Source: an uncultured Methanosarcinaceae archaeon (GTDB lineage Archaea > Halobacteriota > Methanosarcinia > Methanosarcinales > Methanosarcinaceae). From it: a stretch of DNA of 64,000 nt. The number at the start of each line of letters is the position of its first letter. The first letter of the stretch is position 1. A program made the translations under genes and the position numbers. Under the pieces are notes generated by a model. The model saw only the letters and a program-made list of their open reading frames with translations. It made no database searches and was not told where the DNA came from. This document shows, one piece after another, positions 31,849 to 42,178 of the stretch. Location: assembly GCA_963721455.1 (NCBI GenBank), contig CAVRJG010000054.1, positions 1 through 64,000 of the forward strand, read 5' to 3'.

Positions 31849-32355
31849 TTACATTGATGAATTCAGAGCATCCACGCGTTTTTTCAGGACTTCCACAAAG
31901 CGGGAATTGTCGTAGTAGACCAGGTCTTCTCCGCACATGGGGCAGAGAAACTCGGTCTCCGTTGCTTCGTTAAATAGGAGGCGAACACAGCTCTGCGGGC
32001 ATACATAGAAAACGTTATTTTCTTCAAAGTCGAGGCGGGTCCTGAGGTTTCTGACCAATCTCTTCTTTTCCTTCATAAGCTGGTGCTCTATGTCAGAAAA
32101 GTTAAGGTGCCAGAGATATGTCAACCATCCGCTGTTTGAATCTCTCTCCCTGCGGCAGACTGCAAATTTATTTTCATAAAGTATGAAGAGATTTCTTCTC
32201 ACAGTGTTCAGCAGAACCCCGCTCTTTGCTGCAACTTCCTCATCAGTAACCTCGCCTTCGGGCATTTCTTCTATCATTTTGAGCCCGTCTTCCCCTACAA
32301 GGCTCATGAGATATCCTCTAATTACCTTGTCATTTAAATCGACCAACGTGTTCAC
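31849..32355 (-). CDS. tfe: Transcription factor E (TFIIE alpha homologue)
   Basis: TDEEVA...LNTVRRNL..L winged helix, GWLTYLW and C..C/CPMCG Zn ribbon. Confidence 0.95.
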   Translation of the reverse strand: MNTLVDLNDKVIRGYLMSLVGEDGLKMIEEMPEGEVTDEEVAAKSGVLLNTVRRNLFILYENKFAVCRRERDSNSGWLTYLWHLNFSDIEHQLMKEKKRLVRNLRTRLDFEENNVFYVCPQSCVRLLFNEATETEFLCPMCGEDLVYYDNSRFVEVLKKRVDALNSSM

Positions 32356-32458
32356 CTCAAATCCCTATCTGAATTGCACATATTAGTATTAAAGTTTACA
32401 TTCCGTTTTCCGGAAGCTTTCTATAACTGGAAAAATTATATTTTCGGCAACCTGAATT

Positions 32459-33682
32459 TTATACCTTTTCAACAGGGCTCAGGCATTCCTGCTGTTTCTT
32501 CGCTCGATTTTCAATAAAAGTCTTTATCCGATTTGCCCCTCTTTCAAGCGACAGGACTGCCTCTTCCCTGGTAGAGGTGCATGCGAACAGGGAAGTAAGA
32601 GGGCCGTCAGGCTCTGCAACAGTTCCCTGGAATGGAATGTCAGCGCCCTTTTCCCTGAGAATGAAGTCCATGAGCTTTCTGTCTATAAATAGCTCTCTAT
32701 CCGAGTACATTACCCCCCTTGCAGCAAAACATTTAGCGTCGGGTTTTTCAGGAAGTTCGCCTCTAAAGCAGCCGGCATGGGCCTCAAAAAGGTTAATGCT
32801 CATCGCCTTCTCGACAGTATCAAGGCTTCCCTGGAACCTGGGGTTTATCTCAAGTACTACAGGCCCTTTTTCCGAAACCAGGAAGTCCACTCCATTTGAG
32901 CCCATGAGCTTGAATTCGAGCACCAGCTCTTCAGCAAAAGTTTCCATTTGCTCTGCCTGCTCTGTCCTGAAAGGAGTTATATTTCCGCAATAGGCAAAGG
33001 GCAGCCGCGAAAGCCAGGGTATTCCTATCAACTGTTCATTCACAGCCACCGAAAGAGCTTCATTCTTTGTAGAAAGCAAAGAGACGCTTGAAGGTGTTCC
33101 TTCCAGGAAGTCCTGTATAACGATCGTCTCTTCCGTAGATTCCGGATCCAGCCTGGATAGCTCATCGAGGACAGCTAAAAGCTCCTTTCTGCTCCCTGCC
33201 ACCCGGTTAAAAATTCCCCCTCCTCCTGAGGCTGGCTTAACCATAACCGGATATTCGATTGCATCTAATTCTTCTGGAGAATAACAGCATGGGTGAGGAA
33301 TTCCAAGGGCCTCAAGCCTTTTTGAAAGGTACAGCTTGTTTGAAGCCTTCTGCATGGCGTCCGGACTGCTGGCAAGCACAGGGCAGGAAAAACTATTGTG
33401 GTCAAGCATTTCCAGCCCTGAGCCGGGAACAAGGGCATCAAACTCCACTCCGAATGCAGCCATTTGAGCTTTTATCCGGGTAACATCGAGCTGATGCAGT
33501 TCCTTTACAGTCCTGCACTCTAGAAGAGCCGATGCGAATGAGCATTCTTGCAGGTCAAGATCACGGAAAGCATCTATAGAGCAGACCGTATAGCCAGCTC
33601 TGCTTGCGGAGCAGACAACATTTCTTGTATTAAATCCGATTACAAGGATATTCTGCATATTTCCTCTGTCTGGATTTATCAC
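32459..33682 (-). CDS. ATP-grasp domain protein
   Basis: VMVKPASGGGG, IQDFLEG and LEINPRFQGS. Confidence 0.88.
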   Translation of the reverse strand: MINPDRGNMQNILVIGFNTRNVVCSASRAGYTVCSIDAFRDLDLQECSFASALLECRTVKELHQLDVTRIKAQMAAFGVEFDALVPGSGLEMLDHNSFSCPVLASSPDAMQKASNKLYLSKRLEALGIPHPCCYSPEELDAIEYPVMVKPASGGGGIFNRVAGSRKELLAVLDELSRLDPESTEETIVIQDFLEGTPSSVSLLSTKNEALSVAVNEQLIGIPWLSRLPFAYCGNITPFRTEQAEQMETFAEELVLEFKLMGSNGVDFLVSEKGPVVLEINPRFQGSLDTVEKAMSINLFEAHAGCFRGELPEKPDAKCFAARGVMYSDRELFIDRKLMDFILREKGADIPFQGTVAEPDGPLTSLFACTSTREEAVLSLERGANRIKTFIENRAKKQQECLSPVEKV

Positions 33683-34743
33683 TTTGCCTGCGGAATTTCG
33701 GAATGTGCCAGCGCAAAGATTCCATACGGGGTTTTCAGGACAGGGATTTCGCTTCCTGCTTCAGCATTGAGTGACACCGGTTTCTTTATGGCAACAGTTT
33801 CATAGGTTTCAGGGTCGAGTACCAGAATTGCGTTTTCTTCGATTGAAACCAGTACTGTCAGAACCGTATTCCCTCTATCGGCCACTTTCTCTGCACCTTT
33901 CAATTCCTCAGGAGTTGAGATGAATCTGGAACCATCCTCAAGAGAAATCCCATTGACTTTTTTTCCTGAACTCTTGATCTGGATGACCTTTCCTCTGAAC
34001 CTGATCACATCTCCTGGCCTGAACTCTGGAAGACGTATGGCAAAAGTAATCCTGTACAGGTTTTTTCCGTCTTTCACCCCTACAAGGGTAGGGGATTCGG
34101 AAAAGCTGCCCCCCAGTTCGGAGGTGATTAACCTGCAGACCTGCCTGCTGGCGTTCATGGAACCCATGTAAAGGTCGATTCCTTCCTTCTGTTCAAGGAA
34201 CTCGCTTATAAACGCGAGGCGGTCTCCTTTTTTCTTCATGCTCTCCATGGCTTCCCTGGCAATGGCAGAGCAGCGCCTTCTCTCCTCTTCAGTAGGTAAC
34301 CTGCCTGCTGCCCTTATCTGGATAATTGCTTCAAAATACCCCCCGGACTCCCGGCTGCACATATCGCAGGCTGTCCGCTGAATCCTTACTTCGGTCTCAG
34401 CTTCTGCATGGACAGTTTCTTCTCTGACCACTGCATCGACCTCTGCCCTCACCATATATATGTAGGGAGTAATTTCCCTGGGCTCGAGATAGACCTCCAC
34501 ATCCCCGGCTTCACTGTGGATGAATAGGGCATTTTCTACGGCTTTTAGCATCACATCTTCGACACTACCAACATCTTCCCACCGGCTTCTATGAAAGTAT
34601 GCTCCGCAATTTGAACATATCCTTACATGGAGGACAAGGGGCAGTTCGATGAGTTTGAAGGCTTCAAAAAAGCAGTCCCTGCAAACGGAGTCAAAGAGGT
34701 TATCGCATTCTCTGCCGCATCTTGGGCATGTAATGGAATTCAT
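33679..34743 (-). CDS. NMD3 family ribosome biogenesis protein
   Basis: Four CxxC pairs and GGYFEAIIQIR. Confidence 0.92.
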   Translation of the reverse strand: MNSITCPRCGRECDNLFDSVCRDCFFEAFKLIELPLVLHVRICSNCGAYFHRSRWEDVGSVEDVMLKAVENALFIHSEAGDVEVYLEPREITPYIYMVRAEVDAVVREETVHAEAETEVRIQRTACDMCSRESGGYFEAIIQIRAAGRLPTEEERRRCSAIAREAMESMKKKGDRLAFISEFLEQKEGIDLYMGSMNASRQVCRLITSELGGSFSESPTLVGVKDGKNLYRITFAIRLPEFRPGDVIRFRGKVIQIKSSGKKVNGISLEDGSRFISTPEELKGAEKVADRGNTVLTVLVSIEENAILVLDPETYETVAIKKPVSLNAEAGSEIPVLKTPYGIFALAHSEIPQAK

Positions 34744-35030
34744 CTGTAATCCTTACTGATAGTCTTCTTGGAGTAGTGAATTTTTAAAATTTTCAGGAAG
34801 TAAAATTCCTGCAGTATAAACTTGAGCAGTTCACCTGTTAAGTACGCTCATGCTATTTAAAAATAGCTGGATTTGCTAATTTTATCTGTGAGTATCCAAG
34901 TCCCCTGATTTTCTGGAATGCAAAATCAACAAAAACATATATGCCAATTTCAAACGGATTTTTAAAAATATATAGTTTAGGCATCTGTTAAATGAGTATT
35001 TGCCTTATATAAATATTTCCCGCCCGAATT

Positions 35031-35090
35031 GCCCGAGTTTCGCTTCGGGAGCACGAAGTCCTTTTCGCTGCGCTCAAGAGGACGAATTTA
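35031..35090 (+). repeat. Dispersed 60-bp two-hairpin repeat
   Basis: 57 of 60 positions identical to 55222-55281. Confidence 0.9.
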
Positions 35091-35354
35091 CAAAAATCAT
35101 ATATTTCTGTGCCTCCAGTTGTATGTGCAGTCTCTTCACTTGATTACTAACTAAATTTACTACTGTGTTCTCGAATTTAGTGATAAACACAAAATTAAAA
35201 CTCCTAAATTTTGAGACTGACTAGGCTTTGTTGTAAAAATGTTATCTGTTTATTAATCCCTAACCATCAAATAATCTTTATAACGTGGGTGTGTATAGGT
35301 AATCATATAAAGTGTAATTTATTTTTGTAACTTTAACCCATATGACGTGATAAC

Positions 35355-36200
35355 ATAGATTATATTTTTGAATTTATTTCAATAGCAATTATCCTCATAG
35401 TGCTTTGGTTTACTATTTTGGAGTACTTTGGGGATGTACACACGTTGAAGAATATGGTAAAGCAGATTGTTATATCGCTAGTATTTTCTTTATTATCGTG
35501 TACTTGTTACCGCCGTGTGCATTAACACTTCTTATTGAAGAAAATTATACACACTTCCTCCATTTATTATATTTCTCCGAATTCTCAAGTTTTAACCAAA
35601 TAGCTTCAAGTTTTAACCAAACAATTGACGCAAATTGGTTTGTTATCATATGTGTTATCATAGGCATAGGTTTGCAAATAATTATGTTAAAGTCCGTTAG
35701 CCAGAATAATAAACGATACGAGTCGCGATATAACCTGGAAGCTTGTGAAAATCAACATGATGGACTATTAATAGACTTTATAAGAGGCATAATTTCTGAT
35801 TTTCATTTTCACGCAGATAATAGTATTTTACAAAAAACTTTTCTACATGAAAACAGTATTTGGAGATCATGTCGAACATATTTTACTTTTTCTCATTTCA
35901 TGTCTCGTAATTTTTATTAATTATATTTTTTATAAAATTGAAGTGCCCCATGCAATTATTTTGTTGTCTTGTGGCATTGCTTTCTTAACTTTTGCAAATA
36001 TTGTTTTTTCTGTTGGACACAGCGAAGCTTATTATCACACAGCTAGAATATATTTGAAAAACGGGGAAATTATTAAAGGAACTATTTTGAAATTTGGAAA
36101 TTATGTCTCTTTATTAGCAGATGATAAAAAATATTTAGTTTTAATTAATAGAGATGATATAAGTTATATTGAAGAAATCGGACTTACGCAGTTGAACTGA
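35355..36200 (+). pseudogene. Very AT-rich multi-pass membrane protein gene, frameshifted
   Basis: Overlapping hydrophobic ORFs 35405-35920 and 35847-36200, plus an upstream hydrophobic frame lacking ATG; in-frame 21-bp duplication near 35585-35622. Confidence 0.5.
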
Positions 36201-36401
36201 GAAACTGGTAGCATAAAATTTCAAAATGTTTAATTCATATATTTATATCGGAAATGCAAGGAAGCCAAGTCTATTAAAAAATCAGAGTTTTTTGCAAGGC
36301 TTAAAGCCACCTTAATAAAAAATAGGAACTGCAATTTAAAAAAAGAAAAAAAGTTCCGTGTCAAAAGACACGGATATGCCGTTTTCAATTCACATTTGGA
36401 C

Positions 36402-37811
36402 TTATTTTTTGGGTGGCCAATTCTTCTCGATCCAGCCGGGGATACGGCCGGAGTCCATTGGGCCCACCATGACTTTTGCACCAAGTGTATCTTCGAGGTC
36501 ACCCTGCAGACGGGCTGAGAGACCTGGGATGATAAGGGTGTTGTGGTTTGTGTCCCTCTTGAGGTCGAAACCAGCCTTTTCAAAGGCGTCCTTTACCTTG
36601 GCAGAATTCAGCTGACCACCGGCAGCAGCAGCTTCCACACCAATACCATCGGTGTCAACTGCAAGCAGCCAGCATACGATGCCATTTGCTGAGATATCGC
36701 TTTCTACTGTGTAGTAGGTAAGGGCGAAGTTGGTGGTGAAGAACACCGGAGAGTCTTTGTCCGGGGCTCCAACCTTGTACATACCTCCATCCACGGAGAC
36801 AGGAGTCCTCGGGTCGGTGTATATGGTCTCTGCTAGGTGCATTTCAGGCAGGGCGGCATATGGCTCCAGGCTGTGGAGGACCATGATGTCGCCGTATCTG
36901 ATGGTGAAGATTGAGGCCATAACGGTTTCCCAGTAGGAGGCACTGACAGGGTCTGCAATTCCTGCCATCCAGGCTGTGAGTGGGAGAGCCATGATCGGGT
37001 ATGCGATCTCGGTGTCGCCCATAATGCCTGCTCTCCTGATTTTCAGGAAGTTGGTGAAGGTGTCCTTCAGGCCTTTGCCGCTCGGGTAGGTTCCAGGGTC
37101 AAGCACAATGTCCTTGATGCCTGCTTCTGCGAAAGTCTTTGCAAGGGTCTTAAGAGCATCGAGGTCATTGAAGGCTGAAACTACCACAGGTACATTGTAC
37201 TCAAGGGCTAGTTCTCCTACTTCTTTCCAGTTGTCCTTGTTTGCAGCGTAGAGAAGAGGGTTCTTATCCTTAGCTACTTCAAGTCCTGCTTTAAGGACTG
37301 CAGGATTAAAGGAACAGAGGATCATAGGCAAACCTACTTCGGCTACCTTCTTGACTGCAGCAGCGAACTTTGCCGGGTCGTTGGAAGCGGCCCTGATTGC
37401 CACACCGTCAAGAACAAGGTTGCGTCCCACATAGAACTTCTTGTAGTCAGCAATCTTATTTACCCTCTCAATAAGGGCAGCTTCTTCCATGTTGTCTGAA
37501 ACATCGAAGAACATCTTTGTCTTATTGAAGAAGGTGAGCTTGTGGCGGTACAGGACATCGTCCCCACCGATATTTGCTGCCCTTTCGCCTACTCCTATGG
37601 TAACCTGGCGGATTTCAGGGGCAAGGAGACGATCGAGTTCTGCAAGTTTCTTTGCATACTTCTTTTCCTTGACTAGCGGGGGACAATTTTCAGTCTTGCC
37701 GGATCTGTCGATCAGCTTGGAAGCAAATGCCATACATGTAGGCTCACCACATTCTCCACAGTTGGTCTGTGGGAGGTACTTGTAAGCTTCTAATGGGCTG
37801 TTTATTTTCAT
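36402..37811 (-). CDS. cdhE: ACDS complex gamma subunit (corrinoid Fe-S protein, large)
   Basis: LPQTNCGECGEPTCMAFA Fe-S motif and TTNFALTYYTV. Confidence 0.97.
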   Translation of the reverse strand: MKINSPLEAYKYLPQTNCGECGEPTCMAFASKLIDRSGKTENCPPLVKEKKYAKKLAELDRLLAPEIRQVTIGVGERAANIGGDDVLYRHKLTFFNKTKMFFDVSDNMEEAALIERVNKIADYKKFYVGRNLVLDGVAIRAASNDPAKFAAAVKKVAEVGLPMILCSFNPAVLKAGLEVAKDKNPLLYAANKDNWKEVGELALEYNVPVVVSAFNDLDALKTLAKTFAEAGIKDIVLDPGTYPSGKGLKDTFTNFLKIRRAGIMGDTEIAYPIMALPLTAWMAGIADPVSASYWETVMASIFTIRYGDIMVLHSLEPYAALPEMHLAETIYTDPRTPVSVDGGMYKVGAPDKDSPVFFTTNFALTYYTVESDISANGIVCWLLAVDTDGIGVEAAAAGGQLNSAKVKDAFEKAGFDLKRDTNHNTLIIPGLSARLQGDLEDTLGAKVMVGPMDSGRIPGWIEKNWPPKK

Positions 37812-37814
37812 GTT

Positions 37815-39140
37815 TTACACCTCCGATCCGATCCAGTTGGCAATGTCAACAGGTTCTGCCTCAACTAAACCGAAGAGGGACTGGGTTATATGCTTCAGAA
37901 CAGCAACCGATGTCGGGTGCATCATCATGAAGAGATCGTTCCCTGCAATTGCAAGAGATAGACCTGTAACGATTTCCCAGATAGGACCTCTGTATTCTCT
38001 CGGGCCCCAGTCAGAGTCCTGTTTCAATGGAGAGCCAACCATCCATGATTCACGGGCACCCCATGCATTTGTGGTACCTGAGGACATCGGGAAAGTCAGT
38101 TCGTCATCACCCATAAGGGCTGCAAGACGGATACGCTCCATGTTGGTGTAGGCGTAGTCGAGACCATACCCGAGGGCTGCAGTTGTTGGGTCCATGATGA
38201 TTCTGTCTCTGGGCACATTGCACTGCTTCATGAGTTTCCTGTTAAGCTCCTTCTGGGCGTTCATGTCCAGCTGGGTCCAGGAAAGCACGTCGTGGTCGTA
38301 TTTTAATGCGGCTTCTGCAATCTTGGCGTAGTCAAGATTCAGGCTGGCAGATGCAAGGAGACAGCGTTCGCCTTCCGAAACTTCTGCTGCTTTTGAAAGA
38401 ACTTCGGGGTCCTTCTGTGGGTTCCCGGAACCGCCTATTGCGATTGGCACGTCTACAGCCTGCAGAACTTCTTCTACGGTCTTGGCTGCGTCCTTGGCTG
38501 ATGTGTCCTTGACGAGAGGGTCGGTTGAAATCAGGTGGATGGTAATCATGTCAGCGTTGAACTTGTCAACGTTCTTCTTTGCCCATTCTCCCGGGCTGTC
38601 CATGACTTCATCATAGTTCTCCTTGACAGATTTTGCAAGCCCGATACGCATGTCGAATACGTCAATAGTTACCTGGTTCCTGTGTGGCATCGGAGCGTCA
38701 AAGTAGAACGGAAGGGCTTTTTCGCCACCAAGCATGACCTGCTTGCCACGGGTTCCACCGTCTGCAGAGGTATTGCCTATGGGGACTTCCTGGATCTGAG
38801 TTGTCCATTCTGCAATGTTTGCAACATCGAATTTGGCAGGAATGAGATCCTTAAGTTTCGGGGCTGCCAGAGCAGGGGAAATTGCAGGAGATGCGGCACC
38901 AGCTGCGGGGGCACCCATGCCTACAGGGTAGCCGAACATGCCAGCAAGTCTTCCGAAGTGCTGTGCAAGTACTGCACTCTCCTGTCCGAGGATAGCAGCA
39001 AGCATCGGGTCAAAGCCTCCTCCGCCGAGTCCACTGAGATCAATCTCAATGTCCCCTTCTATAGTTACACCTTCAAGGGACAATATATCCATACCCTTAA
39101 ACATGTCTGTCATTTCTGATAACTTAACTTTCTTTGCCAT
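37815..39140 (-). CDS. cdhD: ACDS complex delta subunit (corrinoid Fe-S protein, small)
   Basis: [14 protein letters not shown]...[10 protein letters not shown] and NAWGARESW. Confidence 0.97.
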   Translation of the reverse strand: MAKKVKLSEMTDMFKGMDILSLEGVTIEGDIEIDLSGLGGGGFDPMLAAILGQESAVLAQHFGRLAGMFGYPVGMGAPAAGAASPAISPALAAPKLKDLIPAKFDVANIAEWTTQIQEVPIGNTSADGGTRGKQVMLGGEKALPFYFDAPMPHRNQVTIDVFDMRIGLAKSVKENYDEVMDSPGEWAKKNVDKFNADMITIHLISTDPLVKDTSAKDAAKTVEEVLQAVDVPIAIGGSGNPQKDPEVLSKAAEVSEGERCLLASASLNLDYAKIAEAALKYDHDVLSWTQLDMNAQKELNRKLMKQCNVPRDRIIMDPTTAALGYGLDYAYTNMERIRLAALMGDDELTFPMSSGTTNAWGARESWMVGSPLKQDSDWGPREYRGPIWEIVTGLSLAIAGNDLFMMMHPTSVAVLKHITQSLFGLVEAEPVDIANWIGSEV

Positions 39141-39404
39141 GTAAACCTCACCTTTTCTGTAAGTTTTCCATTTTGATGAGTGACTGTGTAAGTAAATGAT
39201 GTAATACAGAGTGATGTAATACAGATTTATTTCCGAATATTTTCCCTGAGATAAACAGAGACCGGGGCAGAAATAGATCCTGCTCCGTTAGTTTATGATG
39301 ATTTCTAATTCCGTCTCATGCCCTGAAAAAGGGCACAGGGACCCGGTTTTCTTTTCCGGTATGGTTCTCTGCAATATCCACACGTCCAAATGGAAGCTAA
39401 GGTT

Positions 39405-40166
39405 TTAGAGCCCCAGTTTTTGTACGATATTTTTGATTTCTACTGCAGCAATCGAGTCATCCGAGATTTCGAAGAGGGGTATGCCTTTTATATCCATTTC
39501 CTCGATTTTCGGGTCGAGCGGTATCATACCTATCATGTTAAGTTTCAGGTCCCCGGCCAGTTTTACAAGCTCTTCACGGTTGGCTTCTGTAACCTTGTTT
39601 GCAATAACGTGAATTCTACCAACATTTGAGTCCAGCTCATTCACAAGTTCATGAATTCTTTCAGCAGTCCTGAATCCCCTTCGAGAGGCGTCGGTTACGA
39701 CAATAAGGTCATCGATATCCCGGATAATTTTCCGGCTGAAATGCTCAAGCCCGGCCTCCGCATCAATGACAACCACATCATAATTTATGATCAGTTTGTC
39801 CATGATGCCTCTGAGGAGGTTATTTACATAACAGTAACAGCCTGAACCTTCGGGCCGGCCCATAACCAGGAGGTCATATCCATCCTTCTCTTCGATGATC
39901 TCATAGACTCTGCTCTTAAGTATGGACTCCTTATTCATATCGGGGTTATCAGGCCTCGGTTTGATGATCTCAGCCTGCAGGAACTCCTTAGCATCCCCGA
40001 TTGTTTTTACGTTCTCACAGCCAAGGGTTTCGGGCAGGTTAGTGTCTGCATCTGCATCAACTGCCAGTGTAAACGTCCCTTTTTTGGAAAGGTAGCGGAT
40101 CAGAAGAGCCGCTACCGCTGTTTTACCAGTCCCACCTTTTCCCGTTATTGCAATTACTTTCGTCAC
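39405..40166 (-). CDS. cooC: CooC/AcsF nickel-insertion ATPase
   Basis: GKGGTGKT, GRPEGSGCYC and DAEAGLEH; GTG start at 40166. Confidence 0.92.
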   Translation of the reverse strand: MTKVIAITGKGGTGKTAVAALLIRYLSKKGTFTLAVDADADTNLPETLGCENVKTIGDAKEFLQAEIIKPRPDNPDMNKESILKSRVYEIIEEKDGYDLLVMGRPEGSGCYCYVNNLLRGIMDKLIINYDVVVIDAEAGLEHFSRKIIRDIDDLIVVTDASRRGFRTAERIHELVNELDSNVGRIHVIANKVTEANREELVKLAGDLKLNMIGMIPLDPKIEEMDIKGIPLFEISDDSIAAVEIKNIVQKLGL

Positions 40167-40227
40167 AGAATACCCCTTTGGATTGTTTTTCGGTTTTAGA
40201 CTATTGCCTGTCGTCACTCAATTATTT

Positions 40228-41640
40228 TTATTCCTTCTTCTCACTGATGACCATTCTTTCAATGGATATCTTTGCCTTCTTGAAGGTGATCTTTATTCCA
40301 CCAGCTTTACCAGCAGACATCATTGGCATTGAAGCCATTGCAGGCATCTGGAAACCGGCTGCAGGCATCATCATTGGAGCTGCAGCAGCAGCTACTTCCT
40401 CTTCTTCTTCCTCTTCTTCCTCTTCTTCTTCCGCAGCTGCCCAGGTGGCGACAATCGGGTGGTTCTTGTCCTGGAGGAAGGCTTTCAGAGACTGGATGTC
40501 AGTTGCATCTTTCTCGGTTGCAATCTTGTCCTTGAGGTCAGCAGGGATGGTTTCGTCGATCTTTTCCTTGAGCATCGAGGGGAGCCAGACAACTCTGTTC
40601 CAGCCGCCGTCAGCCTGGATGAACTTAGGGGAATAGAAGTAGGCGACACCGATACCGAGGAAACCTACGATCTGCTTTCCACCGCCTGTCTGACCGGCCA
40701 TAGTGGAGAAACCAATACCGTTAGGGGCCATTCCCTGGTATTCTCTGTTAACCCAGCCGATACCATCGACTTCAGGAATGTAGAACCCGACTACTTCAAA
40801 GCAGCCGCAGGATGTGTGTGGGGAGCTGAAGAAGGAGTGGAGTTTAATCTTGTCGAATTCGCCGGCGGAGAGTTTCTTGGCAATATCGTTCACACCGGAG
40901 TATTCACCGGTACTGGCATCGAGAAGCTTACCTTTCTCAATTGCGAACTGTGGGCCTTCAGGGTCTACTTTTGCTGCTGCGCGGCCGTCGAACCAGTTGA
41001 TCGCACCGCAGAGGGAAACTCTGTCCGGGGAAACCACACAGACGTTGGTCGGAGCAAAGGACTGGCAGAGTGTGCATCCGTAGAAGACATCCACATCTTC
41101 GTCGCGCAGGTCTTTTGTCCTTAAATCTCTTGCCTTGAAGATCTCCTTTGCGGTTACGAGCTGCTTCTCGACTTCTTCCTTGTCGGTGTAGAAGGTCACC
41201 TGCATCTTCTCGATAAAGGGAAGTTCTGTCTTGAAGAGCATCATGACGGCTTTTCCGAAGGGTTCAAAAGAGTCCATCTTTGCAGCTGTGTCCTTGGAAA
41301 CTCTCATCCAGACATCGTACCTCTGGTTCAGGTGCATGATGCCCTGGCAGTAGTTGATGAAGTCGTGGACACGCCTTTCAACTACAGATTCGAGGTCAGC
41401 CTCTACAAGTTCTCCGCCGATGTTGAAGATCATTGCCCATGGGTAGGTCTTGCCCTCTTCCATATCTTTGAGGTCAGGACCAATGATTGTAACCTTGTCA
41501 TCTTCAATTGCATCCATGTCTGCTGCTCTGACGAGCTCGAGCCCGAGGGATTTCGGGCCGCCGAGTTCGACGAACATTCCTTCCTTTCTTACTCTTTCCC
41601 CTTCATACATTGGGGAAATCTCAAATGGGAATTCTGCCAT
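40228..41640 (-). CDS. cdhC: ACDS complex beta subunit (acetyl-CoA synthase)
   Basis: GCTLCQSF, SLCGA and PHTSCGCFE A-cluster ligands; poly-Glu/Ala linker. Confidence 0.97.
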   Translation of the reverse strand: MAEFPFEISPMYEGERVRKEGMFVELGGPKSLGLELVRAADMDAIEDDKVTIIGPDLKDMEEGKTYPWAMIFNIGGELVEADLESVVERRVHDFINYCQGIMHLNQRYDVWMRVSKDTAAKMDSFEPFGKAVMMLFKTELPFIEKMQVTFYTDKEEVEKQLVTAKEIFKARDLRTKDLRDEDVDVFYGCTLCQSFAPTNVCVVSPDRVSLCGAINWFDGRAAAKVDPEGPQFAIEKGKLLDASTGEYSGVNDIAKKLSAGEFDKIKLHSFFSSPHTSCGCFEVVGFYIPEVDGIGWVNREYQGMAPNGIGFSTMAGQTGGGKQIVGFLGIGVAYFYSPKFIQADGGWNRVVWLPSMLKEKIDETIPADLKDKIATEKDATDIQSLKAFLQDKNHPIVATWAAAEEEEEEEEEEEEVAAAAAPMMMPAAGFQMPAMASMPMMSAGKAGGIKITFKKAKISIERMVISEKKE

Positions 41641-41663
41641 TGTGTTTTGCCTCCTAATCAAGT

Positions 41664-42176
41664 TTATAAAAGGTCAATTATCTCATCCAGTGCTTCAATC
41701 TGGTCTGCCCTGCTAATGTTTCCGAAGGACATTGTTGCGTTCTGGATGTATTTGTTGTCTATTGAAATCGATTTTACGTCACTGAAGTTTTTAGTTGCAG
41801 ACAGTACCTGGTTGATATAATACCTCATGTGGCCCAGGAGAATGATTGTGTCATAGTTCCCGTTGCCGTCAAGCCCTGGCCAGTTAGGGTCTGTCAGGTA
41901 AAAGCCAAGCTGGTGGAGGTTGATGTATTTGGCATTAACATCTTTGTCCACAAAACCCGGCATTGAGGTTCCGGTTGCTGCAATAGGGATGTTTTTTGCC
42001 TTTGCAATCTTCACTGCGCGGTCCAGAACATCGGGGTTGAGGACTCCGGTTCCTACCACTAAAAGCGGCCTCTTTGCCTTTGAAATCAGCTTGGCGGCAA
42101 TTTCCGGGCTGATGGCTCTTGAAGTCTTTACACCGTAGGTGGTAAACAGCTTTGTATTCTTGGTAGTGTCAACCAT
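41664..42176 (-). CDS. cdhB: ACDS complex epsilon subunit
   Basis: [10 protein letters not shown] and [11 protein letters not shown]; between cdhA and cdhC. Confidence 0.95.
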   Translation of the reverse strand: MVDTTKNTKLFTTYGVKTSRAISPEIAAKLISKAKRPLLVVGTGVLNPDVLDRAVKIAKAKNIPIAATGTSMPGFVDKDVNAKYINLHQLGFYLTDPNWPGLDGNGNYDTIILLGHMRYYINQVLSATKNFSDVKSISIDNKYIQNATMSFGNISRADQIEALDEIIDLL

Positions 42177-42178
42177 CT

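Noticed and set aside
40380-40445. Trinucleotide-like repeat in cdhC
   Set aside because: Encodes the ordinary poly-Glu/Ala linker of the ACDS beta subunit
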